From positions 50,404-114,403 of the forward strand of contig FR899774.1 in assembly GCA_000437355.1 (NCBI GenBank): a DNA stretch of 64,000 nucleotides, written 5' to 3'. A model generated the notes under the pieces. It was not told the origin of the DNA and ran no database searches. It saw nothing but the letters and a program-made list of their open reading frames with translations. The DNA is from Firmicutes bacterium CAG:460 (GTDB taxonomy: Bacteria; Bacillota_I; Bacilli_A; RF39; UBA660). Numbering within the stretch: position 1 is the first letter of the stretch; each line of letters opens with the position of its first letter. Below are positions 20,172 to 29,929 of the stretch, piece by piece. Made by a program: the position numbers and the translations under genes.

Positions 20172-21148
20172 TATTCCACCTCCAAACTAATAGCATGAGC
20201 AATTGATGGAATTGTTCCATGTTGGTTAACAGTTGTTGGACTATGCAAAGCCCCTGTTGCTACTAATAATATTTTCTTATATTTTTTATTAAGAAGCACT
20301 TTATTAAATAAAACAATTGGTAAACAAGCTGGTCCACTTCCTCCAGCATAAGTCTCTTGACTATCTAAATATAATTCACAACCGGCATCCATATATTTTT
20401 TTAACCTTATATTATATACAGTTTCTAAATAATCTTTTAAAATCTCACTACCAACACATCCTAAATCACCAGTTAAAACTAAATCATAATAACTTGCATC
20501 TCTTTTTAAACTAGCAAAATGTGTTGCAATAGTACTTGCAGCTGCTGGAGCCATCGCTGCCCCTAAATTATTAGCATCATTTATTCCTAAATCTACAGGA
20601 ACCCCAATTGTTGCACTTTCAAATTTTATTTTACTAGGTTTCTTACTTAAAAGAGTTGAAACAGCACCTGTTGATGTAAATGTTGCAGTATGAGCTCTCG
20701 GTGCACCATATTCAACTGGATATCTAAATTGTCTTTCAGCAGTTAAATTATGACTACTAGTAATACTAATTACTTTTTTTAATTTTCCACTATCGACCAT
20801 ACTTGATGCAACAATTAAACTTTCTACAAATGTAGCACAAGCAGAATAAAGTCCTAAAAATGGAATATTGTAATTTTTAGCACTATAATTACTAATAGCA
20901 ATTTGATTAGTTAAATCTCCACCTACAAGCAAATCAATATCACTAATATTTAAATTATTTTTACCAATTAAATTATCAATTACAAGTTGTTGCATTTTTA
21001 CTTCAGCTTGTTCAAAAGTTTTTTCTCCAATATAATAATCATCCATAACCATATCTAATCTTTTTAAACGACTATTTTTTTCTAAAGGTCCAACTATTGT
21101 ATAATAATCATTTAAATAAACATTTTTAAATTTCATACTAGCCACCAA
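20171..21148 (-). CDS. spoVAD: Stage V sporulation protein AD
   Basis: 325 aa, thiolase/KAS-like SpoVAD, between spoVAC and spoVAE. Confidence 0.85.
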   Translation of the reverse strand: MVASMKFKNVYLNDYYTIVGPLEKNSRLKRLDMVMDDYYIGEKTFEQAEVKMQQLVIDNLIGKNNLNISDIDLLVGGDLTNQIAISNYSAKNYNIPFLGLYSACATFVESLIVASSMVDSGKLKKVISITSSHNLTAERQFRYPVEYGAPRAHTATFTSTGAVSTLLSKKPSKIKFESATIGVPVDLGINDANNLGAAMAPAAASTIATHFASLKRDASYYDLVLTGDLGCVGSEILKDYLETVYNIRLKKYMDAGCELYLDSQETYAGGSGPACLPIVLFNKVLLNKKYKKILLVATGALHSPTTVNQHGTIPSIAHAISLEVE

Positions 21149-21587
21149 AAATCACCTTCACAATCACTAAAATAAAAGCTGAAATAATTCCATATAAAAT
21201 TACTGAACCAGCTAGTTTAAAAAAGTTAGAACCAAGACCAGTAATTAAACCATCTTTTTTATACTCTAAAGCACTTGAAGCCACACTATGAGCAAATCCA
21301 GTAGTGGGAATAATTAAACCACATTTACATTTGTTAACCCAATTATCAAAAAAACCTAAAGCTGTAAATAAACTTGATAAAAAAATAACAATTAAAGCTG
21401 TAATAAGTCCAGCAACAACTACTGAAACAGAAAAACAATGCTTAATTACAAAGATTAGAATTTCAGCAAATAAACCAATTAATCCTCCCACTAAAAAAGC
21501 TACTCCAACATTTCTTAATTTTGGTTCTTTAGGAGTATGCTTTTTAACTAATTTTTTATAGTCTTCTTTATTCATAACATTCACCAT
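21138..21587 (-). CDS. spoVAC: Stage V sporulation protein AC
   Basis: 149-aa membrane protein with SpoVAC-like sequence. Confidence 0.8.
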   Translation of the reverse strand: MVNVMNKEDYKKLVKKHTPKEPKLRNVGVAFLVGGLIGLFAEILIFVIKHCFSVSVVVAGLITALIVIFLSSLFTALGFFDNWVNKCKCGLIIPTTGFAHSVASSALEYKKDGLITGLGSNFFKLAGSVILYGIISAFILVIVKVIFGG

Positions 21588-21609
21588 TATTATTATGAAT
21601 TAAAATTTC

Positions 21610-22251
21610 TTACATATACATAAAGTCTCGCATTTTACTTAAACTTCTTTTTTCATATCTTGAAACCATTACTTGAGTAATACCTAACTTTCTAGCAGTT
21701 TCGCTTTGAGTTAAATCTTCATAATAACGACTTCTAATAATATCTTTTTCTAAATTATCTAACGAATTAATACTATCATTTAAAACTATTCTATCATCTT
21801 CACTTAAAGCTTCATTACAAGCTATTACTTCATGTAAATCTCTTCTTTCATCATTATCTTCATCCATTGAAACAAAATTATTTCTATACATTTCTATTTG
21901 TTCTAAGTTTCTTAAATCCATTTCTAAATATTCTGCTAATTCTCTATTAGATGGTTCACGCATTATTTCTTGAGAAAGCCTAACTCTTCCCATATCAATC
22001 ATTTTTAAAAGTCTATTTACATCTTTGTTTAATTTAATTTCTTTGTTATTTGCTAGTATGTACATTTCTCCAAAGATATAGTTATAGGCATATGTACTAA
22101 ACTTAGTTGTTCCATCATCTTTATAATTTTGATATGCTTTAATAACTCCAAGAACACCGGCTTGATACAAATCATTTTTATCTACACCATAAAAATTCTT
22201 AGCTATCTTCCATATTAATCCAGCACTTGACTTAATAATTTCTTCTAACAT
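21610..22251 (-). CDS. sigF: Sporulation sigma factor, SigF-like
   Basis: Sigma-70 region 2 (FSTYAYNYIFGEM) and region 4 HTH. The likely start is the ATG in a TAATG overlap with the spoIIAA stop, with GGAGG 8 nt upstream. The ORF-track start at 22275 is an in-frame extension. Confidence 0.7.
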   Translation of the reverse strand: MLEEIIKSSAGLIWKIAKNFYGVDKNDLYQAGVLGVIKAYQNYKDDGTTKFSTYAYNYIFGEMYILANNKEIKLNKDVNRLLKMIDMGRVRLSQEIMREPSNRELAEYLEMDLRNLEQIEMYRNNFVSMDEDNDERRDLHEVIACNEALSEDDRIVLNDSINSLDNLEKDIIRSRYYEDLTQSETARKLGITQVMVSRYEKRSLSKMRDFMYM

Positions 22252-22586
22252 TACATAACCTCCATTTCCATACATGCATCTATTTCACTTTTAACCTTAA
22301 CCAGTTTTAGATACTTACACAGATATTCTTGCGCCCCACATACCCCACATACTTTAACTACTCCTTTATTACATTTTACAAAATATTTACTATTTTTAAT
22401 AGCATCTATTCCAGAATTATCTATCATTTCTAAATCTTCAAAATTATAGACTAAATATTTAATATTATGTTTTTTTATCACAGGATTTAAATAATTATTT
22501 ATTTTATAACTATTCTTTCTATTTAATATTCCTTTAAGTCTTGCAAACAATATACCATTTTTATACTCTAGCTCTAACTTAAACAT
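22251..22586 (-). CDS. spoIIAA: Anti-sigma-factor antagonist (STAS domain), SpoIIAA-like
   Basis: 111 aa with a STAS fold. The phosphorylatable Ser context EDLEMIDNSG is present. RBS AAGGAGAG. Confidence 0.7.
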   Translation of the reverse strand: MFKLELEYKNGILFARLKGILNRKNSYKINNYLNPVIKKHNIKYLVYNFEDLEMIDNSGIDAIKNSKYFVKCNKGVVKVCGVCGAQEYLCKYLKLVKVKSEIDACMEMEVM

Positions 22587-22730
22587 ATTTTTCTCTCCTT
22601 ACATATTAGTTTAGTGAATATTTTAAAAACTTTAAACAACTTCGACAAAACTAGTCAAAATATATGTCTGAATATATGTCACACTTGACACTTTACTTTA
22701 CATATTTATCATAATTTAGCTCACAATAAC

Positions 22731-23030
22731 TCATTTCACTAATTCATATGTAAGTGGCACAACCTTTTCACTTCTAACAAAATTTGCCACAAACTTGTCT
22801 TGGTCTTTAGTTATAATTATTCCTATCGTTGGGTTATTACTTGGTTCTTTAACATAGTTATCAACAAGGTTCATATAAAACTCTACTTGTCCTTTATCTT
22901 CTTTTTTTAACTTTCTACATTTTATTTCTACAACTACGAAACAATTATATTTGTAATTGTAAAGTAACATGTCTATAAAGTAGTTTTTATTTCCATCACT
23001 AACTTTATGTTGATTACCTATCCATGCAAG
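22731..23030 (-). pseudogene. 3' fragment (~100 codons) of a DUF1016/YhcG-type PDDEXK nuclease gene, fused to the 16S rRNA fragment
   Basis: About 90% amino-acid identity to the C-terminal ORF of the 34287-35301 copy (IGNQHKVSDGNKNYFIDMLLYN...). The N-terminal 18 codons of the tracked ORF are translated 16S sequence. Confidence 0.7.
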
Positions 23031-23308
<278 letters not shown>

Positions 23309-23422
23309 AAAATTGATTTATAACAATCATTATTTTTAAGTTTAATCAAAGCTACTCAAAATTGACTTTTTTACTTAGTTTTCAAAGATCATTTTCACAC
23401 CCTTTTTGCTGAGTGCATAGAT

Positions 23423-23451
23423 AATATATCAAATCCAGAAACGAATGTCAA
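23423..23451 (-). promoter_or_regulatory. Strong sigma-A promoter upstream of the truncated 16S (former rrn promoter)
   Basis: On the minus strand: TTGACA (23446-23451), a 17-nt spacer, then TATATT (23423-23428). Confidence 0.55.
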
Positions 23452-23554
23452 CAAAAAAATGCAAATTTTTTAAAATTTTTTCATTTTTTTTGAAATTTTA
23501 CGTTTTTTTAAGGATTTTCTATATATTTTATGCTTATTTTTTTATTATATTACA

Positions 23555-24103
23555 TCATTTATTTAATGCTTCATATATTTTTTTATACTCTAAAATTTGT
23601 TTTTTATCGAATGGTCCCTCATTATTTTTTTTCATTTCTATCAATTTTTGTAATTCTTTATTTATAATAATATCAATTTCTTCTGGATATTTCATTTTCT
23701 TTTTATGATATTTATATTCATTATAATCTAAAATTTTATATCCTCCATCTGGAAATACCCTTAAATCTAAATCATAATCTATATATTTAATAACATTTTC
23801 ATCTATTATATATGGAGAAGCCATATTACAATAGTAAAATAAACCAAACGATTTTAGTTGAGCTATACAATTAAACCAATTATGTTTGTAAAAATATATT
23901 ATTGCTAGTTCCTTTGTTTTATATGTATGCCCTTCAGGTTCTTTTACATCAACCATATAATTTCCGCATACAATATAATCATCTTTTATATCTAATATTA
24001 TTGTTTCTTCACTTGCTTGATATGCTTCACCATTATGTTTATAACAATGTATTTTATATTTATCTCCTATTTTCATGTAATCCCCATCCTTTATATATTG
24101 CAA
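23555..24103 (-). CDS. Hypothetical protein, possibly DUF402 (FomD-like NDP/NTP hydrolase family)
   Basis: 182 aa. The assignment rests on weak resemblance (HNWFNCIAQ...DYDLDL). Confidence 0.35.
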   Translation of the reverse strand: MQYIKDGDYMKIGDKYKIHCYKHNGEAYQASEETIILDIKDDYIVCGNYMVDVKEPEGHTYKTKELAIIYFYKHNWFNCIAQLKSFGLFYYCNMASPYIIDENVIKYIDYDLDLRVFPDGGYKILDYNEYKYHKKKMKYPEEIDIIINKELQKLIEMKKNNEGPFDKKQILEYKKIYEALNK

Positions 24104-24114
24104 AAAAGAGCAAA

Positions 24115-25281
24115 CTACATTGCCCTAATTACTTCTAATGCTTTATTTAATTGTGAATCTATAACTGTTTGTTCTCCATTTTCGTTTGTTTCATAAGTTA
24201 AACTCGCTGCATAATCAGGTGTTAAACCTTTATTATCTATACATTCACCTGTTGGTCTTAACCATTTTGCAGATGTGTATTTTGCCATAGATCCATCTTC
24301 TAATTTAATTGTTTGTTGAACTTTTCCTTTACCATAGCTTTTTTCACCAACCAAAACGGCACCATAACTATCTTTTAATGCTGCTGCTAAAATTTCGGCA
24401 GATGATGCTGACTTTTCATTGATTAATATAACTATAGGATAAGTTCTATGTTCTTCTGTTTCATCATAATAATCTTCTTTTTTATTTTTATCTTCCAAAG
24501 AATATATTAGCTTACCCTTTTCTAAGAATAAACTTGCTGTTGTTTCTGCAGAATCTAAATATCCCCCGGAATTATCCCTTAAATCAATTATTAACTTCTT
24601 CATTCCTTTTTCTTCAAGGTCTTTTAAAGCATTTGAAACTTGATTTGTTAAAGTTTCTGAGAAAATATCGATATTTATATAACCAATAGAATTTTCTTTT
24701 AATTCATATTTTACTGATGATGGTACATTTCTTACTTCCACATCAAAAGTTAATTCTTCTTCTTCTCTTTCTACTACTATAGATATCGTTTTATCTTTAG
24801 CATCTTGTATTAAAGCTTTTATTGCATTTGGTGTTTCTCTTACATCTGTACCTGCAACACTAACAAATTTATCACCAGCTTTTAATCCAGCTTCTTCAGC
24901 AGGACCATTTTTAGCTACTTCCACTATTTCTCTACCATTATAAGTTATGCCAATTCCCACATAACTACCTGATAATCTTTCTTCTAAATCTTCTCTTTGT
25001 TCTTTAGTTAAATATGTTGTATAATTATCCCCAAGGTAATTAAGCATACCATTAATTGCAGAATCTATCATCTTTTCTTTATCTACTTCATCATAATAAT
25101 TATTTATTATATTAGAATATGTTTTTATAAATTCATTTAATTCTTTATCATCTGCTAAACCTTTATATGTTAAATTGTAATTATTTGTTACGATTATACC
25201 GGCGGTAATTGCTGATGCTATTGATGTTACAAAAATGATAATTATAACACTAATTAAATTAAAACCTTTATTTTGCTTCAT
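24115..25281 (-). CDS. ctpA: S41-family carboxy-terminal processing protease (PDZ + S41)
   Basis: N-terminal anchor, a PDZ segment (GIGITYNGREIVEV) and the S41 catalytic region (IIDLRDNSGGY...GEKSYGKGKVQ). Confidence 0.85.
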   Translation of the reverse strand: MKQNKGFNLISVIIIIFVTSIASAITAGIIVTNNYNLTYKGLADDKELNEFIKTYSNIINNYYDEVDKEKMIDSAINGMLNYLGDNYTTYLTKEQREDLEERLSGSYVGIGITYNGREIVEVAKNGPAEEAGLKAGDKFVSVAGTDVRETPNAIKALIQDAKDKTISIVVEREEEELTFDVEVRNVPSSVKYELKENSIGYINIDIFSETLTNQVSNALKDLEEKGMKKLIIDLRDNSGGYLDSAETTASLFLEKGKLIYSLEDKNKKEDYYDETEEHRTYPIVILINEKSASSAEILAAALKDSYGAVLVGEKSYGKGKVQQTIKLEDGSMAKYTSAKWLRPTGECIDNKGLTPDYAASLTYETNENGEQTVIDSQLNKALEVIRAM

Positions 25282-25343
25282 TCTATATCACCCTTACTTT
25301 TATTTTAACATTTTTCCAAAAAAAAGAAAAGTTAAAAACTTTT

Positions 25344-25904
25344 CTAAACACTTAATTCTTCTTTAATTGTGTCAAGTGATTCAATATATTTATCAATTTT
25401 ACCATTTTTTACTTTAATAAGGGTTAATTTACCAAAAGCAAATTCTTCTACTGTTTTTGCGTTCTTATTACTTGTTCCATTTTCTCCAACATAGTAATCT
25501 TTATTAAATCTATTGCCTAAGTCACAGAAATAAACTGGTAAACTTTTATCTTTTTGCATATATGTAGTAACAATTGCTGAATAATAAACTGCTTTGCTAT
25601 CTTCACCATCATATACAATTACATAATATTCTTCATCACTTTTATTAAGCATTGTTCCAACACTTACTTTATCGTAATCGATTGCTCCAGCTGTAACATT
25701 TTCTTCTTTTTTACTATCTTTATTTTTATTAACAAGTCTTGTAATAGCATAAACTCCTAAAACTAAGATAATTATACTTAACAATATTATAATAAACCTT
25801 CTTACTTCTTTTGCTTCATCACTAACATATTTGTCAATATCTACACCTTTTTTATTCTTTTTTACGTTTACTTTGTCATTTAATTTTACCTTTTTATTTG
25901 CCAT
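25344..25904 (-). CDS. Hypothetical membrane-anchored protein
   Basis: 186 aa with a single N-terminal TM. Confidence 0.4.
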   Translation of the reverse strand: MANKKVKLNDKVNVKKNKKGVDIDKYVSDEAKEVRRFIIILLSIIILVLGVYAITRLVNKNKDSKKEENVTAGAIDYDKVSVGTMLNKSDEEYYVIVYDGEDSKAVYYSAIVTTYMQKDKSLPVYFCDLGNRFNKDYYVGENGTSNKNAKTVEEFAFGKLTLIKVKNGKIDKYIESLDTIKEELSV

Positions 25905-25977
25905 CTTTATGCCTCCATAAAATAATTATACATAAAATGACACTATTTTGCAAGGTAATATTTCATTATTATATATA

Positions 25978-27102
25978 CTACTTCGTGGAAATTACTGTTT
26001 TAGAATTACCTAGTGATTTTGCAACGTTGACCATTTCATTTGATGATAAATCACTACTTACAAGATAGTAACTAACGTTATCAGCGTTCCAACTTATAGA
26101 ATTTGAACTTAAAGCTGCGATTGTTTTATCAAGCATCAATGGGTCGCCGAATACTGGAATTACCTCAAATTCACTTGAGAATTTTGATGTTTCTTCAACT
26201 ATAACAAAGTTTTTGTCACCACTAAATGTAAGTATTACACGTTCTCCACTTGCAGTTGATACAGTTTCTGAACTTTTTAAATGTGTATTAGTAGGTATAT
26301 AAAGTGGATAAATTATGCTATCTAATGAACCAGTTGTTTTATCACAATTGTTATTTTCACAAGTTTTATTATTATCTTTACAATTTGTTCCTGTGCAAGT
26401 TTCATTTTTGTTATCTTTGTTTTCAGTATTATTTTGGTTATCTTTTGTTGTATCTTTATTATTATCTTCTGCTTTTGTATCAATTAAATCTTCTAAAACA
26501 AAGTCATCTTCTTTTAATTTAGCTTTTAAATTAACATTTTTAAACGTTACTTTGATTTTGATAATATCCTCATTATTATATACTTCTACGCCGGTGATAT
26601 TCATATCTTTATCAAAATAAATCTTTTGATAAACTAATTCTTCATTATTTGGATAATTAACTTTACTTTTAATTACATATCCTTTTTCATTTTTTTCAAA
26701 TGTTTTTTCATTATCATTCTTAATATCTGTTACTAAATTTTGTAATAGGTATGCTTGAGAAGAATTTTCTGGCCAGACACTATCAAATTTAAAACTCTTA
26801 TTTAAACTTGGTGTTACAACATATAATCCTTCCTTGTTTTTAAGAATAACTTGTTCATGATTATTAGTTTGATTTACTAAAACAACTTTATAAAAATCAT
26901 CTTTTAAAAAGTATGCATCAATATTATAAGTAAATATTTCTTCTCCACTACTTATTTCCATTGTACCATTTAATTTGTATGATTTGCTACTTTCTACACT
27001 TTTTGTAAAGTCATTAACAGCATCTTCAAGTTTGTAAGTTCCACATCCTGTTAAAACCAAACACATAATCGTTATTAGTATTAAATACTTTTTCATTACC
27101 AA
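25978..27102 (-). CDS. Lipoprotein with a LolA-like N-terminal region and an N/K/D-rich, Cys-containing linker
   Basis: Signal peptide with lipobox LTGCG. Linker CTGTNCKDNNKTCENNNCDKTTG. Confidence 0.5.
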   Translation of the reverse strand: MVMKKYLILITIMCLVLTGCGTYKLEDAVNDFTKSVESSKSYKLNGTMEISSGEEIFTYNIDAYFLKDDFYKVVLVNQTNNHEQVILKNKEGLYVVTPSLNKSFKFDSVWPENSSQAYLLQNLVTDIKNDNEKTFEKNEKGYVIKSKVNYPNNEELVYQKIYFDKDMNITGVEVYNNEDIIKIKVTFKNVNLKAKLKEDDFVLEDLIDTKAEDNNKDTTKDNQNNTENKDNKNETCTGTNCKDNNKTCENNNCDKTTGSLDSIIYPLYIPTNTHLKSSETVSTASGERVILTFSGDKNFVIVEETSKFSSEFEVIPVFGDPLMLDKTIAALSSNSISWNADNVSYYLVSSDLSSNEMVNVAKSLGNSKTVISTK

Positions 27103-27195
27103 ATCCCCTTTTCTAATTAAATATATTTTTTCTATTTTAAAATATGTATATTATTTAATTTATTGGTAAAAATATGATTAAAGGGATGTGAATAT

Positions 27196-27393
27196 ATGGC
27201 AATACTACAAAAAGTAGCTTTAGTTATTACTATAATAGGTGCTATAGTATGGGGAATATATGGTTTATTCGATGTAAATATTGTAGCTAAGTTATTCAAT
27301 AATGTTACAATACTAGAAAAGGCTATTTATGTAATTGTTGGTGTTTGTGGATTAATAAATATTGGTTTATTATTTACAAATATCGAAGACTAA
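27196..27393 (+). CDS. DUF378-family small membrane protein
   Basis: 65 aa carrying the IGAIVWGIYGLF...VIVGVCGLINI pattern. Confidence 0.6.
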   Translation: MAILQKVALVITIIGAIVWGIYGLFDVNIVAKLFNNVTILEKAIYVIVGVCGLINIGLLFTNIED

Positions 27394-27428
27394 AAAGGTG
27401 CTAGCATTAAGCTAACACCTTTATTTTT
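27393..27428. terminator. Bidirectional Rho-independent terminator between the DUF378 gene and cdaR
   Basis: GGTGCTAGC-ATTAA-GCTAACACC hairpin with flanking A/T runs. Confidence 0.5.
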
Positions 27429-28788
27429 GGGTTATTTTAATTTTTATCTTATTAGATACAACATAACTTACTAGTGGGTTACTATTGTTAATTTTTACTT
27501 CCACTTCATGTTCACCGATACCTAAGCCTGCTAAATCTATATATGCACTAACTTTATTTTCATCATCACCATTATTTATTTTTTCAATAACTGATGCTAC
27601 ACCTTTTACTTGAACTGTAATGTCTTTTGTATCAATAAGGTTTGCTGTTAGGCCTTCACTTAGATTTATCGGAGTTATATTGTTACTTATGTCTATTGTC
27701 TTTTGTTGTTCTTCTCCGAATGTTGCTGTAATTGTTACTTTTTCAACACTCATTTTACGGACACCATTTGGTTTATTAATTGTGGCATTATATTTCTTTG
27801 TGCCTTCATTTCCTAGTCCATCAACATTTATTGTTACAGGAACACTATTAATTTTTTCTAAATCCGCTTGGTCACCATAAATAGTAATTGAATAATTTGA
27901 GTTACCATTTATTAAAATTGACGCAATTGATTTTCCAGCTATAAGTTCTCCAGTTGTTTCAATTCTAATTGGTACTGCTTTTGAGTAACTTTCCAAAATA
28001 ACTGATGCACTAATTGTACTTGGAACAATTTCAACATTTGTTAATTTGTTTCCTTTTGAGTCATATGCTACTAGTTCAACGTTGTCAATATCATATGTTC
28101 CTGCTTCACTAAAGTTTTGTTTAGCAAGGTCAATCAATGCTTTTACGGATGCAATTTCTGCTAAAGCATCACTACCGCCCTTTACAACTACTTCAGTTTT
28201 ATTTAATGATACAGACTTAACGCTTAATCTGCTATCTAAAGCATTTATATTAAGTAAATCGTATGATAATGTTTTAACTTGACTTTCTTTATTTTTAATT
28301 ATTACTTGTACATATGAAGGGTCTAACTTATATGTTAGTGAATGTATTGGTTTTGAATATGAGAAATAAACTTTGTATGGATTATCACTTGGTGTATATT
28401 CCGAAAGGTCTAATACAACTTCATATTCTCCAAGTTGTTTTGCTAGATATATATCACTTTTTCTTCCCGTTAGTGTTATATCAACTGTTTCAGGCACGCC
28501 TTCAATAACATACGCTTCTTCATTATATTTAACTACAACTGGTACACCACGTATTTCTTCTGCTTCTGTTTTTACTAAATTTATAACTTTAGAGTCAATT
28601 AATAAAAACATTATTACTGCTAAGAACAATGATAAGTAAATTAAAAAATGTGGTCTATTTAATAATTTGTCTAATTTTCCTTGATTTTTCTTAAACTTTT
28701 TTGATAAATAATAAATAAATCTACTTATTGGTACAACTATTTTTTGGTCAATAAATTTATATATTTTTTTAAATAATCTTGTTATCAT
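27421..28788 (-). CDS. cdaR: CdaR (YbbR-repeat regulator of diadenylate cyclase)
   Basis: 455 aa. N-terminal TM, then YbbR-like repeats. Overlaps the cdaA stop. Confidence 0.8.
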   Translation of the reverse strand: MITRLFKKIYKFIDQKIVVPISRFIYYLSKKFKKNQGKLDKLLNRPHFLIYLSLFLAVIMFLLIDSKVINLVKTEAEEIRGVPVVVKYNEEAYVIEGVPETVDITLTGRKSDIYLAKQLGEYEVVLDLSEYTPSDNPYKVYFSYSKPIHSLTYKLDPSYVQVIIKNKESQVKTLSYDLLNINALDSRLSVKSVSLNKTEVVVKGGSDALAEIASVKALIDLAKQNFSEAGTYDIDNVELVAYDSKGNKLTNVEIVPSTISASVILESYSKAVPIRIETTGELIAGKSIASILINGNSNYSITIYGDQADLEKINSVPVTINVDGLGNEGTKKYNATINKPNGVRKMSVEKVTITATFGEEQQKTIDISNNITPINLSEGLTANLIDTKDITVQVKGVASVIEKINNGDDENKVSAYIDLAGLGIGEHEVEVKINNSNPLVSYVVSNKIKIKITQK

Positions 28789-29600
28789 TCTTCATCACCT
28801 TCACTTTCATCATCAGCTTCGAAGAATACTTCCATTTTAGGTTTTAATTCGTCGATTAACATCATTCTAAATTGGTCAGGTTCCAAATTATAATGTAAGT
28901 TGCTATCAACTGCAATTGATAGTCTTCCTGTTTCTTCACTTACAACTAAAGCTATGGCATCACTTTCTTCAGCAATTCCTAAAGCCGCTCTATGTCTTGT
29001 ACCAAGTCTTTTTGAAACATTTGGGTTCATACTTGTTCTAAATACTGCTCCGGCACATGTAATTCTATCACCTTGAATAATTACACCACCATCATGAAGT
29101 GGTGAATTTGGAAAGAATATAGTTTCAAGTAATGAGTCAGATAAATCCGCATAAACTTTTGTAGCGTTTTTAATATATTCTTCTAAAGATATTTCTCTTT
29201 CAATAACTATTAAAGCTCCAATTCTATTTTTACGTAAATACTCTACAGAACGCATTATTTCATAAACAACTTTTTCTCTTTCATCTACTGTTAGTATTTT
29301 ATGACGTCCTAAAAGTTGTGTACGTCCTAATGATTCTAGTACACTTCTTATTTCTGGTTGGAATATTACTATTATAGCAAGTGGTCCCCATTGAATTGCA
29401 TATTCTAAAATTACTCCAACTGTATAAAGATTTAGTAAATCACTTACAACTTTAACTAAAAGGATTATAAATACACCTTTTACTATTAAAACCATTTTAA
29501 TATTATTTTTAACATTTTTTAATATATAGTAGAATGCTAGCCAAACTAAGCATATATCTAACAATTTTGTGAATATTTCCCAGACTGTTGAGAGATTCAT
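28785..29600 (-). CDS. cdaA: Diadenylate cyclase CdaA
   Basis: 3 N-terminal TM helices plus a DAC domain (DGAVIIQGDRITCAGAVF, RHRAALGIAEESDAIALVVSEETG). Confidence 0.9.
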   Translation of the reverse strand: MNLSTVWEIFTKLLDICLVWLAFYYILKNVKNNIKMVLIVKGVFIILLVKVVSDLLNLYTVGVILEYAIQWGPLAIIVIFQPEIRSVLESLGRTQLLGRHKILTVDEREKVVYEIMRSVEYLRKNRIGALIVIEREISLEEYIKNATKVYADLSDSLLETIFFPNSPLHDGGVIIQGDRITCAGAVFRTSMNPNVSKRLGTRHRAALGIAEESDAIALVVSEETGRLSIAVDSNLHYNLEPDQFRMMLIDELKPKMEVFFEADDESEGDEE

Positions 29601-29648
29601 TTAAACACCATCCTTTGTCCAATTTATTATATCAAATTTTTTGAAAAA

Positions 29649-29675
29649 TAAAAAGGGGGTAGCCCCCAATTTTAT
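29649..29675. terminator. Rho-independent terminator (G5-C5 stem)
   Basis: AAAAAGGGGGTAGCCCCCAATTTT. Confidence 0.5.
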
Positions 29676-29914
29676 AAATTGTTATTGTTGTTATTATTAA
29701 TACTTTTATTTTCATTAACGTAATCTCGTAAAGATACATTAGCATTTATAGGAATGTCATTTGCAATATTTATTGTTTCATCATTTAATTTGAATACTTT
29801 GGCTTTTTCTTTTTTTATAGAAACAAAATATCCAATTAAAGCAAGTATTAAAAACACCCCAATTATATCAAATATTATATAATGTTCTATAATAAAATTA
29901 ACAAATCCATCCAT
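29672..29914 (-). CDS. Small membrane protein with a poly-Asn tail
   Basis: 80 aa with one TM and a C-terminal NNNNNNNL. Confidence 0.3.
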   Translation of the reverse strand: MDGFVNFIIEHYIIFDIIGVFLILALIGYFVSIKKEKAKVFKLNDETINIANDIPINANVSLRDYVNENKSINNNNNNNL

Positions 29915-29929
29915 ATAAATTTCTCCTTT

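Noticed and set aside
23445-23708. 87-aa plus-strand ORF (MSTKKCKFFKIFSFF...)
   Set aside because: It lies over the rRNA promoter region and the 3' end of the DUF402 gene and is composed of low-complexity F/I/L. It is spurious.
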